This document shows, piece after piece, positions 9,416 through 18,825 of a DNA stretch of 64,000 bases. The stretch comes from an uncultured Planctomycetota bacterium (GTDB taxonomy: Bacteria > Planctomycetota > Phycisphaerae > Tepidisphaerales > Tepidisphaeraceae). The notes under the pieces are model-generated. The model had not been told where the DNA came from. It was given only the letters and a program-made list of their open reading frames with translations, and did no database searches. Position numbers and translations under genes: made by a program. The DNA lies in assembly GCA_963841915.1 (NCBI GenBank), contig CAWJEN010000005.1, positions 96,001 through 160,000 of the forward strand, read 5' to 3'. Numbering within the stretch: position 1 is the first letter of the stretch; each line of letters starts with the position of its first letter.

Positions 9416-10639
9416 TCAATCCTCTGCTGCGACTTCGTCAGGCTCTGGCTTCTTCTTGTCTTCACGCAGCAGTTGCTCCCACGCGCCGTCGGGTTGCTGC
9501 TGGTGCCTGCCGCCGCGGGCGACGCTGTAGACGAGCCCGAGCATCGCAGCCGTCGTGATGAGGCCGCTGCCACCTGCACTGACGAGCGGGAGTGCAATCC
9601 CCTTCGTCGGGACGCTGGCGGTGGCGACGGCGACGTTGATGCTCGCCTGGAGTCCGATGGTGACGACGACGCCGTACGCCAGCAGGCGACCGAACGGGTC
9701 TTCGCTTTTGCGGGCGGCCGCGTAACCGACGCCCAGCAGCGTGAGGTAAGCCAGTGCCAGCAGGCCGGCCCCGAAGATGCCAAGCTCTTCACTGACAACG
9801 GCAAAGATGAAGTCGGTCGTGTCTTCAGGCAGGTAGCCGAGCTTTTGCACGCCGTTGCCGAGACCGCGACCCATCCAACCGCCACCTGCGAAGCTGTAGA
9901 GACTTTGGATGACGTGGTAGCCGTCGGTTTCGGGGGCGGCCCACGGGTCGAGGAACGCGATGATCCGGCGCCAGCGATACGGCTCGCTGTAGACGAAGTA
10001 GAACGCAGCTGACAGTGCCGGGATGCCCGACAGGACGAGCCACCGTGTGCGGACCGGGCCGACGAGGAAGAGGCAGAACGCGGCACTGCCGATGAGGGCG
10101 GCCGTGCCGAAGTCTTGAATGACGACGAGCAGGCAGAGCATGCCTGCCGCCGCGGCCGTGGGCAGGAAGCCGCGGGCGAGCGTGAACGGCGTGGGCCGGC
10201 TCAGCCGCCAAGCGAGCAGCATCACGACGCCCCACTTGGCAAGTTCGCTCGGCTGCACCGTGACCGGGCCGATCCGAAGCCATCGGCGGGCCCCATTGAC
10301 CTCGGCCCCGATGCCTGGGACGAGCACGGCGACGCAGGCCAACCCGGCAAGCACAGCGAACCAGACGGCCGGTGATCGAGTGGCGGTCGTGCCGACGAGT
10401 CTGCGGTAGTCGAGGCGGCTGACGGTCATGAACGTCAGGAACGCCAGCGTCGCGTAAAGCGCGTGCTTTGTGGCGCGGCTTCCCCAGTCGATGAGCGGAA
10501 TCTGGCCACCGTCGAGCAGCGTGCCACCGGCCACGTCGACCGCTGCCGACTGAACCATGAGCGCGCCCAAGCCCAGCAGGCCAAGCACACAGACGGCCAG
10601 CAGGTCACGCTCACGAAGGCGGTAAATCGAATCGGGCAC
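9416..10639 (-). CDS. ftsW: SEDS peptidoglycan polymerase FtsW
   Basis: NGARRW, QPSELAK, QDFGT, TDFIFAVVSEELG, PTKGIALPLVSAGGS. Confidence 0.93.
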   Translation of the reverse strand: MPDSIYRLRERDLLAVCVLGLLGLGALMVQSAAVDVAGGTLLDGGQIPLIDWGSRATKHALYATLAFLTFMTVSRLDYRRLVGTTATRSPAVWFAVLAGLACVAVLVPGIGAEVNGARRWLRIGPVTVQPSELAKWGVVMLLAWRLSRPTPFTLARGFLPTAAAAGMLCLLVVIQDFGTAALIGSAAFCLFLVGPVRTRWLVLSGIPALSAAFYFVYSEPYRWRRIIAFLDPWAAPETDGYHVIQSLYSFAGGGWMGRGLGNGVQKLGYLPEDTTDFIFAVVSEELGIFGAGLLALAYLTLLGVGYAAARKSEDPFGRLLAYGVVVTIGLQASINVAVATASVPTKGIALPLVSAGGSGLITTAAMLGLVYSVARGGRHQQQPDGAWEQLLREDKKKPEPDEVAAED

Positions 10640-10687
10640 GCTTTACCGACTATCGGACGTTAAGCGCTCAGGGCTGCAGGATGCTTG

Positions 10688-11830
10688 CTAACGCAGCTTT
10701 ACCGTCGCCAACGCTGCCGCGGCGAGGACGGCACCGATGAGCCAGAACCGGACGACGATTTGCGTTTCGCTCCAGCCGACCTTCTGGAAGTGGTGGTGAA
10801 TCGGGGCCATGAGGAACAGCTTCTTGCCTTGGCCGTGGCGGATGCGGTGGTACTTGAAGTAGTACTTCTGCATGCGGGACGAAGCGGCCTCGACGACGAA
10901 GACGCCACCGACGATCGCGAGCAACAGTTCCTGTCGGATGGCTAATGCGACGAACGCGAGAAGGCCGCCCAGGGCGAGGCTGCCGGTGTCGCCCATGAAG
11001 ACGCTGGCCGGGTGGCAGTTGAACCACAGGAAGCCGAGCGACGCACCGAGGATCGCGCCGCACACGACGGCCAGCGGGCCGACGCCGGCGATGTGGTGGA
11101 ACAGCAGATCGCGTGCCAGGCCGCCGTCACTGATGATGAGCGTCATCACGAGCAGCACGATCGCGACGAGTGCGACGCACCCACTGGCCAGGCCGTCGAG
11201 GCCGTCCGTGAGATTGACGGCGTTTGTGCAACCCACGATGACGAGGCCGCTCCAGATGACAAAGAGCCACAAAGGCAAGTCGATCGAGAACCCTTTGAGG
11301 AACGGCACGAAGAGCTGCGTGCCGGCGGGCGTGTGGAGGCCGTGTTTCCACAGAAAATAGCCGAGAATGAAGGCTAGACCGAACTGGAGTAGCAGCTTCT
11401 CCCGCTCTTTGAGCCCGTCGCGACCGGCGGCACGGCTTTCGGCATTGAGCTTGAGCCAGTCGTCAACGGCCCCGATGCCGCCGAGCCAGAGCAGGCACAC
11501 GAGCGACATCTGGACGTAGAAGTTGCCGATGTCCGCGAGCAGCAGCGTGACACCTGTGATGGCGGCGACGATGAGCAGCCCACCCATCGTCGGCGTGTTT
11601 CGCTTGTCGGCCATCGCTGCATTCATGGCCGCGTCGTCGAAGTCGGGGTTGTCGCCGATCTTGCGTCGCTTGAGCCACCGAATTGTCGGCCCGCCCAGCG
11701 CGAGCACGAGCACGAACGCCAGCAGCGTGGCGAGCATGGCTGTGAACGTTGTGAACGTGAAGACGCGCAGAAAGTCGAACGGCGACGCCTCCAGCGGGTC
11801 GGCAAAGAGAATGTACAGGCGGTGCAGCAC
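10688..11830 (-). CDS. mraY: Phospho-MurNAc-pentapeptide transferase
   Basis: TPTMGG, NAVNLTDGLDGL, FMGDTGSLALG, MAPIHHHF. Confidence 0.97.
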   Translation of the reverse strand: MLHRLYILFADPLEASPFDFLRVFTFTTFTAMLATLLAFVLVLALGGPTIRWLKRRKIGDNPDFDDAAMNAAMADKRNTPTMGGLLIVAAITGVTLLLADIGNFYVQMSLVCLLWLGGIGAVDDWLKLNAESRAAGRDGLKEREKLLLQFGLAFILGYFLWKHGLHTPAGTQLFVPFLKGFSIDLPLWLFVIWSGLVIVGCTNAVNLTDGLDGLASGCVALVAIVLLVMTLIISDGGLARDLLFHHIAGVGPLAVVCGAILGASLGFLWFNCHPASVFMGDTGSLALGGLLAFVALAIRQELLLAIVGGVFVVEAASSRMQKYYFKYHRIRHGQGKKLFLMAPIHHHFQKVGWSETQIVVRFWLIGAVLAAAALATVKLR

Positions 11831-11833
11831 AGT

Positions 11834-13132
11834 TCAGCGCGTAAGGGCATCGACGACGCGCTCGAGCTGCGTGCCGCGAGAAGCCTTGAGGTATACGAGA
11901 TCGTTCGGTTTAAGAATTTGAGCCATGTGCGCGGCTGCATCCGCGCTGTTGTCAAATGCGATGTCGCACCCTTTGCAGTCGGCTGTGAGCGGGCCGACAC
12001 CGATGATCATGTCGCCTGCTCTGGCCGCAGCTTGAACGGCCTCGTCATGCAGTCTGGCGGCATCGTCGCCGAGCTCGAGCATGTCGCCCAGGACGACAAC
12101 GCGACGGCCGTCACACGGCAGTGACTTGAGCAACATCAGGCCGGCTGCGACGCTCTCCGGGTTGGCGTTGTACGTGTCATCAATGATCGTCACACCGCCG
12201 ACGCTTCGAAGATTGAGCCGCTTGTCCGGCACGTCGGCCGACGCCAAACCGGCGGCGATTGCGTCATCATCGAGGCCCAGGTGACGCCCGACCAGGATGG
12301 CCGCTACGGCATTGACGGCCGAATGGGTGCCAAGCTGCGTCACGTGCCAAGGGCGGCTGTCGTAGGTGAAAGCTGTGCCCGTCGCTGTCACGTCGACGTC
12401 GCTCACATCGGCGGACGTGTAAGGCAAGAAGGCCCGGCGAGTTTTGCACAATTCGATAAACGGCTCGTCGTCGCCGTTGATGATGAGCGTCGGGACGCCC
12501 GCGATGATGTTCAGGTTCTCGCGGCGAACGCCGTCGAGGTCGGCAAGGCCTTCAAGATGTTCGTGGCCGATGGACGTCACGACAGCCACGTCGGGTAAGG
12601 CGATTTCCCGCAGGCGGGCAATTTCACCCGGATGATTCGTGCCACACTCGACGATGACGTAGTCATCACCCGCGTCGGCGTTGAGCAGTGTGAGCGGCAC
12701 GCCGATGTCGTTGTTGAAGCTCGCCGGGCTGGCCGTTCCCTTCAGCCGCGTCCGAAGCACGCCATTGATGAGCAACTTCGTGCCCGTCTTGCCGTTGCTA
12801 CCGGCGACGGCGATGACTGTGCCTCCAAGCGTCTGCCGATGCGCCGCCGCTAAGGCGCCAAGTGCACGCCGTGTGTCGGCCACGATGATCTGCGGAACGT
12901 CAAGCTCGACCTGGCGTTCAACAATGACAGCGCTGGCCGTGTCTGCGTCGCGGATCTTGTCGTGGGCGTCGAATCGGTCACCGCGCAAGGCGACGAAGAG
13001 GTCGCCTGGCGTCAGCTTGCGGGTGTCGGTCGACACGCGTGACACGCTCACACCCTTGCAGCCGACAAGTCGGCGGCCGACAAGTCGGCCGCCGACTGCC
13101 GCTGCGATGGTGTCGAGCGTCATCTCGGTCAT
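11834..13132 (-). CDS. murF: UDP-MurNAc-tripeptide:D-Ala-D-Ala ligase
   Basis: GSNGKT, FNNDIGVPLT, DDTYNANP, LGDMLELG, KASRG. Confidence 0.95.
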   Translation of the reverse strand: MTEMTLDTIAAAVGGRLVGRRLVGCKGVSVSRVSTDTRKLTPGDLFVALRGDRFDAHDKIRDADTASAVIVERQVELDVPQIIVADTRRALGALAAAHRQTLGGTVIAVAGSNGKTGTKLLINGVLRTRLKGTASPASFNNDIGVPLTLLNADAGDDYVIVECGTNHPGEIARLREIALPDVAVVTSIGHEHLEGLADLDGVRRENLNIIAGVPTLIINGDDEPFIELCKTRRAFLPYTSADVSDVDVTATGTAFTYDSRPWHVTQLGTHSAVNAVAAILVGRHLGLDDDAIAAGLASADVPDKRLNLRSVGGVTIIDDTYNANPESVAAGLMLLKSLPCDGRRVVVLGDMLELGDDAARLHDEAVQAAARAGDMIIGVGPLTADCKGCDIAFDNSADAAAHMAQILKPNDLVYLKASRGTQLERVVDALTR

Positions 13133-13135
13133 CAG

Positions 13136-14620
13136 CTACGCCCCGACAGACGTCATCTTCAGCGCGCGGCGACACTCGACGGCATCATCGAAGCTCAGCC
13201 GCTCGGTGCCGACGATCTGGTAATCCTCGTGCCCCTTGCCGGCGATGAGCACGATGTCGCCGTCGCGTGCGTCGGCCAGCGCTCGCACGATCGCCGCCCG
13301 TCGATCCGGCTCTGCCGTCACCGCCGACGCGTCGGCGAAGCCGGCCAGCACGTCGTCGATGATGGCTGTCGGCGCTTCTGTTCGAGGGTTGTCGCTCGTG
13401 ACGATGACGTCGTCGGCCAACCGCTCGGCGACGGCTGCCATGCGGGGCCGTTTGCTCTTGTCTCGATCACCACCGCACCCGAAGACGACGCGAAGCCGCC
13501 CGCGTGTCACCGGCCGAAGTGCCCGCAGCACGTTGTCGAGCGCGTCGTCCGTGTGTGCGTAATCAACGAAGACGGCGAAGTCACCCGCGTCGTGATCAAC
13601 CCGCTCGAGTCGCCCGGGCGCAGCAGGCGCGTCGGCAAGTGCGGCCGACAGTGCGGCGGCGTCAAGTTCGTACACCTCGCCGATCAATGCTGCGGCGCAG
13701 AGAGCATTCTCGACATTGTGGCGGCCGACGAGCTTCATCGTGACGTCTGCCTCGCCACGCGGCGTGGCAAGACGGAACGTTGTCGACTCGGCGGTCACGG
13801 CCAGGTCGCCCGCGTGGTAATCGAGTCCATTCGCCTCGCCGCCGACACCGAAACCGACCACGCGGCCGTTCGTGTTCTTGATGATCGCGTCGCTCCACGG
13901 ATCACGACGGTTCACCACCGCCGGCGTGCCGACCGGCAGGTCGTCGAACAGCTTCGCCTTTGCTGCGGCATAAGCTTCCATCGTGCCGTGGTAATCAAGG
14001 TGATCGCCCGTCAGATTCGTGAAGCCCGCCCCGGCGAACGTGACGCCGCTCGAGCGGCCTTGATCAAGGGCGTGACTGCTGACCTCCATCGCGACTGCCT
14101 TGCAGCCTTTGTCCCGCATCGTCGCGAGCATTTCGGCCAGCTGCACCGGGCCGGGCGTCGTCATGTCAGCCACCCGCCGCCGAATGCCGTCGTCGATCAC
14201 GCAGGTGCCGATGAGCCCGCAGCGTTGTTGTGCGAAGGCGGCGAGATGGCGGAGCAGGAAAGCCGTCGTCGTCTTGCCATTGGTGCCGGTGACGCCGAGC
14301 ACTTGCATGTGCCGCGACGGGTCGCGGGCCAGTCGGTTGGCAAGGATGCTCGCTAGACGACCGGCATCGTTGACGACGATCGTCGGTAGCGGCGAACGGT
14401 CGATCGGACCGTCGGCGAGCACCGCGACCGCGCCGGCCCGCTGTGCGTCAGCGACAAAGCGTTTGCCATCGAAACCGCCGCCAGCGTGGGGGGAGCGGGC
14501 GATAAAAAGATCGCCGGTCGATACGCGGCGACTGTCTTCCTGGACCCCGTGGACCTCGATCGTCGGCAACGTTTGTGCCGCCACGTCGGGCAAGTCTGCC
14601 AGTAGTTCGCTGAGCTGCAT
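13136..14620 (-). CDS. murE: UDP-MurNAc-dipeptide:meso-DAP ligase
   Basis: TGTNGKTT, MEVSSH, DHLDYH, DYAHT, GCGGDRD, DNPR (mDAP-type), GKGHE; GGAGG before ATG 14620. Confidence 0.96.
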   Translation of the reverse strand: MQLSELLADLPDVAAQTLPTIEVHGVQEDSRRVSTGDLFIARSPHAGGGFDGKRFVADAQRAGAVAVLADGPIDRSPLPTIVVNDAGRLASILANRLARDPSRHMQVLGVTGTNGKTTTAFLLRHLAAFAQQRCGLIGTCVIDDGIRRRVADMTTPGPVQLAEMLATMRDKGCKAVAMEVSSHALDQGRSSGVTFAGAGFTNLTGDHLDYHGTMEAYAAAKAKLFDDLPVGTPAVVNRRDPWSDAIIKNTNGRVVGFGVGGEANGLDYHAGDLAVTAESTTFRLATPRGEADVTMKLVGRHNVENALCAAALIGEVYELDAAALSAALADAPAAPGRLERVDHDAGDFAVFVDYAHTDDALDNVLRALRPVTRGRLRVVFGCGGDRDKSKRPRMAAVAERLADDVIVTSDNPRTEAPTAIIDDVLAGFADASAVTAEPDRRAAIVRALADARDGDIVLIAGKGHEDYQIVGTERLSFDDAVECRRALKMTSVGA

Positions 14621-14643
14621 CACGCCTCCGCGTGCAAGGAGAA

Positions 14644-14673
14644 AGGCTTTCTGCGTCTTGTCTTCCGTGTCAA
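14644..14673 (-). promoter_or_regulatory. Candidate sigma70 promoter for the mur cluster
   Basis: TTGACA (14673-14668), then about 18 nt to a weak AAGCCT -10 upstream of murE. Confidence 0.35.
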
Positions 14674-14778
14674 GACGACTGCATGATACCGCCGGCCGAC
14701 GTGTGTCACAACCAAACCGCCGAGCGATGCTCGAGAGCAGCTCGTTCAGCGGCAGCGTTGGCTCGACCTGCTGCATCC

Positions 14779-14894
14779 GGTGCCACTGATCGACCACCTT
14801 CTGAGGTGGTCGATCAGTGGCGGAGCTTGCGTCGGCGAGTTCAACGTCACAGACACTGGTTGCCCACCTCAGAAGGTGGTCAATCAGTGGCACC
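14779..14894. repeat. Inverted pair of REP-like palindromes (REPIN/BIME-like)
   Basis: Copy 1 GGTGCCACTGATCGACCACCT-TCTG-AGGTGGTCGATCAGTGGC (14779-14821); copy 2 (about 14851-14894) is a degenerate reverse complement. Confidence 0.75.
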
Positions 14895-14947
14895 AGAAAC
14901 GTTGGACATATGAGAGCGATAGACGCTACAGCTGACGGCGGTCCGCT

Positions 14948-15022
14948 CTAGTCGAAGTCGTCCTCGTCCTGATTCGCCGCGGCGTAGACGAGCAGCGCCA
15001 CGCCACCGACGACGAGGGTCAC
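14948..15022 (-). CDS. Candidate 24-aa single-TM microprotein
   Basis: MTLVVGGVALLVYAAANQDEDDFD with host-like GC3 codons; start uncertain. Confidence 0.45.
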   Translation of the reverse strand: MTLVVGGVALLVYAAANQDEDDFD

Positions 15023-15044
15023 AATGCAAAAGGATCTGCCAATC

Positions 15045-15635
15045 CTAGAGCGTGCCCTTCGTACTCGGCACACCGTCCTGCCGCGGATCAGACTCAACGG
15101 CCATCCGCAACGCGCGCCCGAACCCCTTGAAGCAGGCCTCCGCAACGTGGTGCAGATTGCCGCCGGCGATGACGTCGATGTGGAGCGTCAGCTTGGCTTC
15201 GCTCGACACCGCCCGCATGAATTCGGCGACGAGTTCTGCGGGAAACGTGCCGATGGTCGCCGTTTGCGGCAGGCCAAGGTCGCCGCGGTAGAGCGGGCGG
15301 CCGCTGAAATCGAGCGCGACGGCGGCGAGCACTTCGTCCATTGGTAGCCGCACGTCGCCGTAACGCCGTGTGCCCCTCTTGTCGCCGATCGCTTCTCGAA
15401 GCGCTTGCCCGAGGGCCAAACCGACATCTTCGACGGTGTGGTGGGCGTCGACCTCCAGGTCGCCGATGGCCTTTACGTCGAGATCGAGCATCGCATGACG
15501 GCCGAGCAGCGTCAGCATGTGGTCGAAGAAGCCAACGCCGGTAGCTACGGCGACCCTCCCGTTGCCGTCAAGGTCGACGTTCAGCGTGATGTCGGTCTCA
15601 GCGGTCTTTCGCGTTACGGTCGCGGTACGAGGCAT
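15045..15635 (-). CDS. hisB: Imidazoleglycerol-phosphate dehydratase
   Basis: FFDHML, DAHHTVEDVG, PMDE, NLHHVAEACFK, PSTKG. Confidence 0.97.
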   Translation of the reverse strand: MPRTATVTRKTAETDITLNVDLDGNGRVAVATGVGFFDHMLTLLGRHAMLDLDVKAIGDLEVDAHHTVEDVGLALGQALREAIGDKRGTRRYGDVRLPMDEVLAAVALDFSGRPLYRGDLGLPQTATIGTFPAELVAEFMRAVSSEAKLTLHIDVIAGGNLHHVAEACFKGFGRALRMAVESDPRQDGVPSTKGTL

Positions 15636-15663
15636 GGGCGAGACTACGCGCTAAAGAGCGTTC

Positions 15664-15696
15664 CCCGAGCCGCGGTCCGTGGCACCGCGGCTCGGG
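15664..15696. repeat. GC-rich hairpin between hisC and hisB
   Basis: 13-bp arms CCCGAGCCGCGGT / ACCGCGGCTCGGG; contains GTGGCACC. Confidence 0.55.
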
Positions 15697-15698
15697 AA

Positions 15699-16745
15699 TT
15701 ACTTTTTCAACAACGTGAACAACTTTTCGAGGAGTGCCTCGTTCTCCGCGGCGGTGCCGACGGTGATGCGGAGGTACTCGCTCAAATCTGGCTCATCCCA
15801 GTGGCGGACGAAGATACCGGCCTTCTTCAGCTCGCGGTACAAGCGCGGCGAGTCGGCGTGGCGGGCGAAGACAAAGTTCGCTTGGCTCGGCAAAACGTCG
15901 AAGCCGGCTGCTTCAACCGCTGACGCCAGCTGCTCACGTCGCGTGCAAACCCCGGCCCGCTCCGACTTGTAATACGCTGCCTCCGTCATCGCCGCCAGGC
16001 CTATAGCCTGTGCGACGGCATCGACATTGTAGCTGTCGCGGACCTTGTCCATCTGCTCGATCATCGCCGGGGCCGCGAGGACGTAGCCCAAGCGAACTCC
16101 GGCCAGTGCAAATCCCTTCGAGAAAGAGCGGGAAATCGCGACGTTCGCATGCTGTGATAAGAGGGACACGCAGTCGGTCTTCGCGTAATCGGCATAAGCC
16201 TCGTCGATCAGCAACAGGCGATTGTCGAGCCGTTTGGCGAGGTGGCCGATCTCTGACGGCTCGATGAACGTGCCACTTGGGGCGTTCGGGTTCACGACGA
16301 ACGTCGCGTCGGCCGCGGCGTGAACCAAGTTGTCCGCCGGCAGTTGCCAACCGTCCGCCCAATCGACCTGCACCGGCGTCGCCCCCTGAATCTGCGTCAG
16401 CGTCGGGTACAGCGAGTATGTCGGCCACGGGTACGCCACACGGCCGCCGCTCGGCACGTAGGTCCGCAGCAGGATCGTCAGAATGTCGTCGCTGCCGTTG
16501 CCGATGAGCACGTGGTCCGGCGTCAGGCCGTGCCGCTCGGCGATGACCTCGCGCAGCTTCGTCGCCCGTGGATCGGGATACTTGCGCAGCGAATCGGCCG
16601 AAACCTGCGCGGCCGCGACCACACTCGGCGGCGGGTCGAAGCTGGCTTCGTTCGTGTTGAGCTTGACGACGCGCATGCCCACCGCCGGCTGCTCGCCGGG
16701 GGCGTAACCGATCAGGTCAGTTATCTCTTGGCGGGGCTGTGGCAT
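15699..16745 (-). CDS. hisC: Histidinol-phosphate aminotransferase
   Basis: KLNTNE, GNGSDD, NPNAPSG, DEAY, SFSKGFALAGVRLGY. Confidence 0.95.
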   Translation of the reverse strand: MPQPRQEITDLIGYAPGEQPAVGMRVVKLNTNEASFDPPPSVVAAAQVSADSLRKYPDPRATKLREVIAERHGLTPDHVLIGNGSDDILTILLRTYVPSGGRVAYPWPTYSLYPTLTQIQGATPVQVDWADGWQLPADNLVHAAADATFVVNPNAPSGTFIEPSEIGHLAKRLDNRLLLIDEAYADYAKTDCVSLLSQHANVAISRSFSKGFALAGVRLGYVLAAPAMIEQMDKVRDSYNVDAVAQAIGLAAMTEAAYYKSERAGVCTRREQLASAVEAAGFDVLPSQANFVFARHADSPRLYRELKKAGIFVRHWDEPDLSEYLRITVGTAAENEALLEKLFTLLKK

Positions 16746-16748
16746 CAC

Positions 16749-17900
16749 TTAGGCCATTGCCGCCGCAAGCGACTTCTGGGCCGCCGCGACGCCGACGCCG
16801 GGTTCGATCTTGACACCCAGCTTCGCCAGCGCCATCTCCGTCGCGGAAACGACGGCAATCGCTTCAAACACGTCCGTGTACCCCATGTGGTTCACGCGGA
16901 ACAGGTTGCCCTTCATGCTCGCCTGACCTGCGGCGACGTTCATGCCGAACTGCTTCTTCATGGTCGAGCGGAATGCGTCGTCGACGCCCTCGGGGTAGTT
17001 GATGGCCGTCACGCTGTCGGCCGGCATCTGGCTGAAGAGCGTCAGACCCATCGCCTGCATGCCCGCCCGCACCGCGTCGGCGTGGGCCCTGGTCCGCTTC
17101 CAGACGGTCTCGACGCCCTCGTCCGTGATCATCTTGAGCGACACCGCCAGTGCGTGGATGAGCGTGTTCGCCGGCGTGAACGGCGTGTCGCTGTCCGCCG
17201 CCGACTTCTTGTACTTGCGCAGGTCGAGGTAGAACGGATTCTGCCCCCCCATGCCCTTGTTCGCCTCGGCCGCCTTCCACGCCCGCTCGCTCAGGCTCAC
17301 AAACCCCAGGCCCGGCGGCAGCATCAGCGCCTTCTGGCTGCCCGTCACGGCCACGTCGATGTCCCACGCGTCCATCTCGAACGGCATCGCCCCGATGGCC
17401 GTGATGCCGTCGACGATGAGCAACGCGTTTGGATTCTTCTCGCGGACGACCCTCGCCACGCCCGCCATGTCGCAGGCGGTGGCGGTGCTAGTCTCGCTGT
17501 GCGTGACGATGACCGCGTCGTACGTCTGGTCGTCAAGCTCCTTGCTCATTGACTCGGGCGTGACGTGCGTGCCGTACTCGAGCTCGCGATCGGTCACGTC
17601 GATGCCGAACTTCTTGCACTGCTGGCCCCAGCGTTCGCCGAACTTGCCGCAGTTGATGTTGAGCACCTTCTGACCGGGCGCGACGCAGGTGAGCAGTCCG
17701 GCTTCGAAGGCCGCGGTGCCGCTGCCGGTGACGATGAGCACGTCCTGCTTCGTGCGGAAGACCGCTTTTAGCCCTTCCTGCACCGCCGCAAACGCCGCCC
17801 TGAACTCGGGCGTGCGGTGGTGGACAATGGGCTTGGCGAGCTCGAGGAGCGTCTCGGGCGGAACGGAAGTCGGGCCGGGCGTGAAGAGGCGGTGGATCAT
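16749..17900 (-). CDS. Class V PLP aminotransferase (alanine-glyoxylate/serine-pyruvate family)
   Basis: TPGPT, HHRT, GSGT, HSETST, DGIT, GSQKALMLPPG. Confidence 0.92.
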   Translation of the reverse strand: MIHRLFTPGPTSVPPETLLELAKPIVHHRTPEFRAAFAAVQEGLKAVFRTKQDVLIVTGSGTAAFEAGLLTCVAPGQKVLNINCGKFGERWGQQCKKFGIDVTDRELEYGTHVTPESMSKELDDQTYDAVIVTHSETSTATACDMAGVARVVREKNPNALLIVDGITAIGAMPFEMDAWDIDVAVTGSQKALMLPPGLGFVSLSERAWKAAEANKGMGGQNPFYLDLRKYKKSAADSDTPFTPANTLIHALAVSLKMITDEGVETVWKRTRAHADAVRAGMQAMGLTLFSQMPADSVTAINYPEGVDDAFRSTMKKQFGMNVAAGQASMKGNLFRVNHMGYTDVFEAIAVVSATEMALAKLGVKIEPGVGVAAAQKSLAAAMA

Positions 17901-17952
17901 GGTGCTGAAAGGTCGGGCGGCACGATAGTCGCCAAGCTTGCCGGCTCAGCCT

Positions 17953-18498
17953 TCATTTGTTGAACATCTTGACGATCTCCGGCCACCGCTCTTTTCCACC
18001 TTCGGCAGCAACCCAGCGCCGCACCTCATCGAGATCAATCTCATCAGCTTCGGCAACAACGTAAGCTGCCTGATGCAGAGCCTGCTGGTCGTGCCAATGT
18101 AGATGTGCGGCGAGGCGATCTTTTACACAATCTGTGGGCGTCAGAAGTCTCAATACGCCGGTCGACGTCACACGCTCGGCGGTCTCACGAACACGTTGGT
18201 TTCCAACCATCAGCGGCGGAGAAGGGAACTCGACGTGAAAGTCGTGATCCGTATGGTGGTAGTGACGGTAACGCGGATTTGATTTAGCAAAGCCGATCTT
18301 CTGCAAAGCGGCAGAGACTTGTTTGCTTGTGACTGCTTCTTCGGTAATAAAGTCGAGGTCGCTCGACACGTATCGGCCGCGGCTCCAGATCGCAGCACAC
18401 CCGCCGCCGCTCAGCGTGACGCGGATACCGCTTTTGGACAAGGTCTCGCAGATGAAGGCGGCAAGCTCCTCAACCGTCATCTGGTCGACACCCTTCAT
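17953..18498 (-). CDS. Putative Pol-beta-superfamily nucleotidyltransferase-like protein
   Basis: LSGGGCAAIWSRGRYVSSDLDF (hGG...DxD) plus a later acidic residue (VEF); ATGA overlap with the upstream wHTH gene. Confidence 0.6.
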   Translation of the reverse strand: MKGVDQMTVEELAAFICETLSKSGIRVTLSGGGCAAIWSRGRYVSSDLDFITEEAVTSKQVSAALQKIGFAKSNPRYRHYHHTDHDFHVEFPSPPLMVGNQRVRETAERVTSTGVLRLLTPTDCVKDRLAAHLHWHDQQALHQAAYVVAEADEIDLDEVRRWVAAEGGKERWPEIVKMFNK

Positions 18499-18824
18499 GC
18501 TGGTTTGCCTTTACGTCTGGGTCTCGAACGCACCACGATCAGCCGATCATGAAGTGCCGGCGGATATAGCGACACTGCCCGCTCCACAAGTGCTTTAATC
18601 TCTGACAAAGCCGGGTGCCGCGGGTTCATCTCGTAGACGCGGGCTTGCCCTACGTTGTGAGACACCAGCACACCTGCGACTTCCAGCCCATCCATTGCCT
18701 CTTGAATCGGCCTGAGGGTGACGCCGTAGAAGCGGGACACCTCACGAGCGTATCCCGATCGGCGCGAGACGATGAAGGCTAAAACCCGCTCCTTATTGAC
18801 TGATCCGAGAAATTCGCCCAGCAT
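18495..18824 (-). CDS. Winged-HTH regulator
   Basis: GYAREVSRFYGVTLRPIQEAMDGLEVAGVL...GQARVYEMNP; basic RPRRKGKP tail. Confidence 0.8.
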   Translation of the reverse strand: MLGEFLGSVNKERVLAFIVSRRSGYAREVSRFYGVTLRPIQEAMDGLEVAGVLVSHNVGQARVYEMNPRHPALSEIKALVERAVSLYPPALHDRLIVVRSRPRRKGKPA

Positions 18825-18825
18825 G

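Noticed and set aside
14621..14893. 91-codon N-terminal extension of murE in the ORF track
   Set aside because: It runs through the REP doublet; the Shine-Dalgarno and homology support ATG 14620
14779..14894. Possible mini-CRISPR array
   Set aside because: Only two copies, inverted rather than direct, and no cas genes
16320..17552. Long antisense ORFs (for example 16320..17552, 53309..54292, 62007..63554, 46099..47373)
   Set aside because: They mirror well-supported genes; expected when GC3 is high; no motifs
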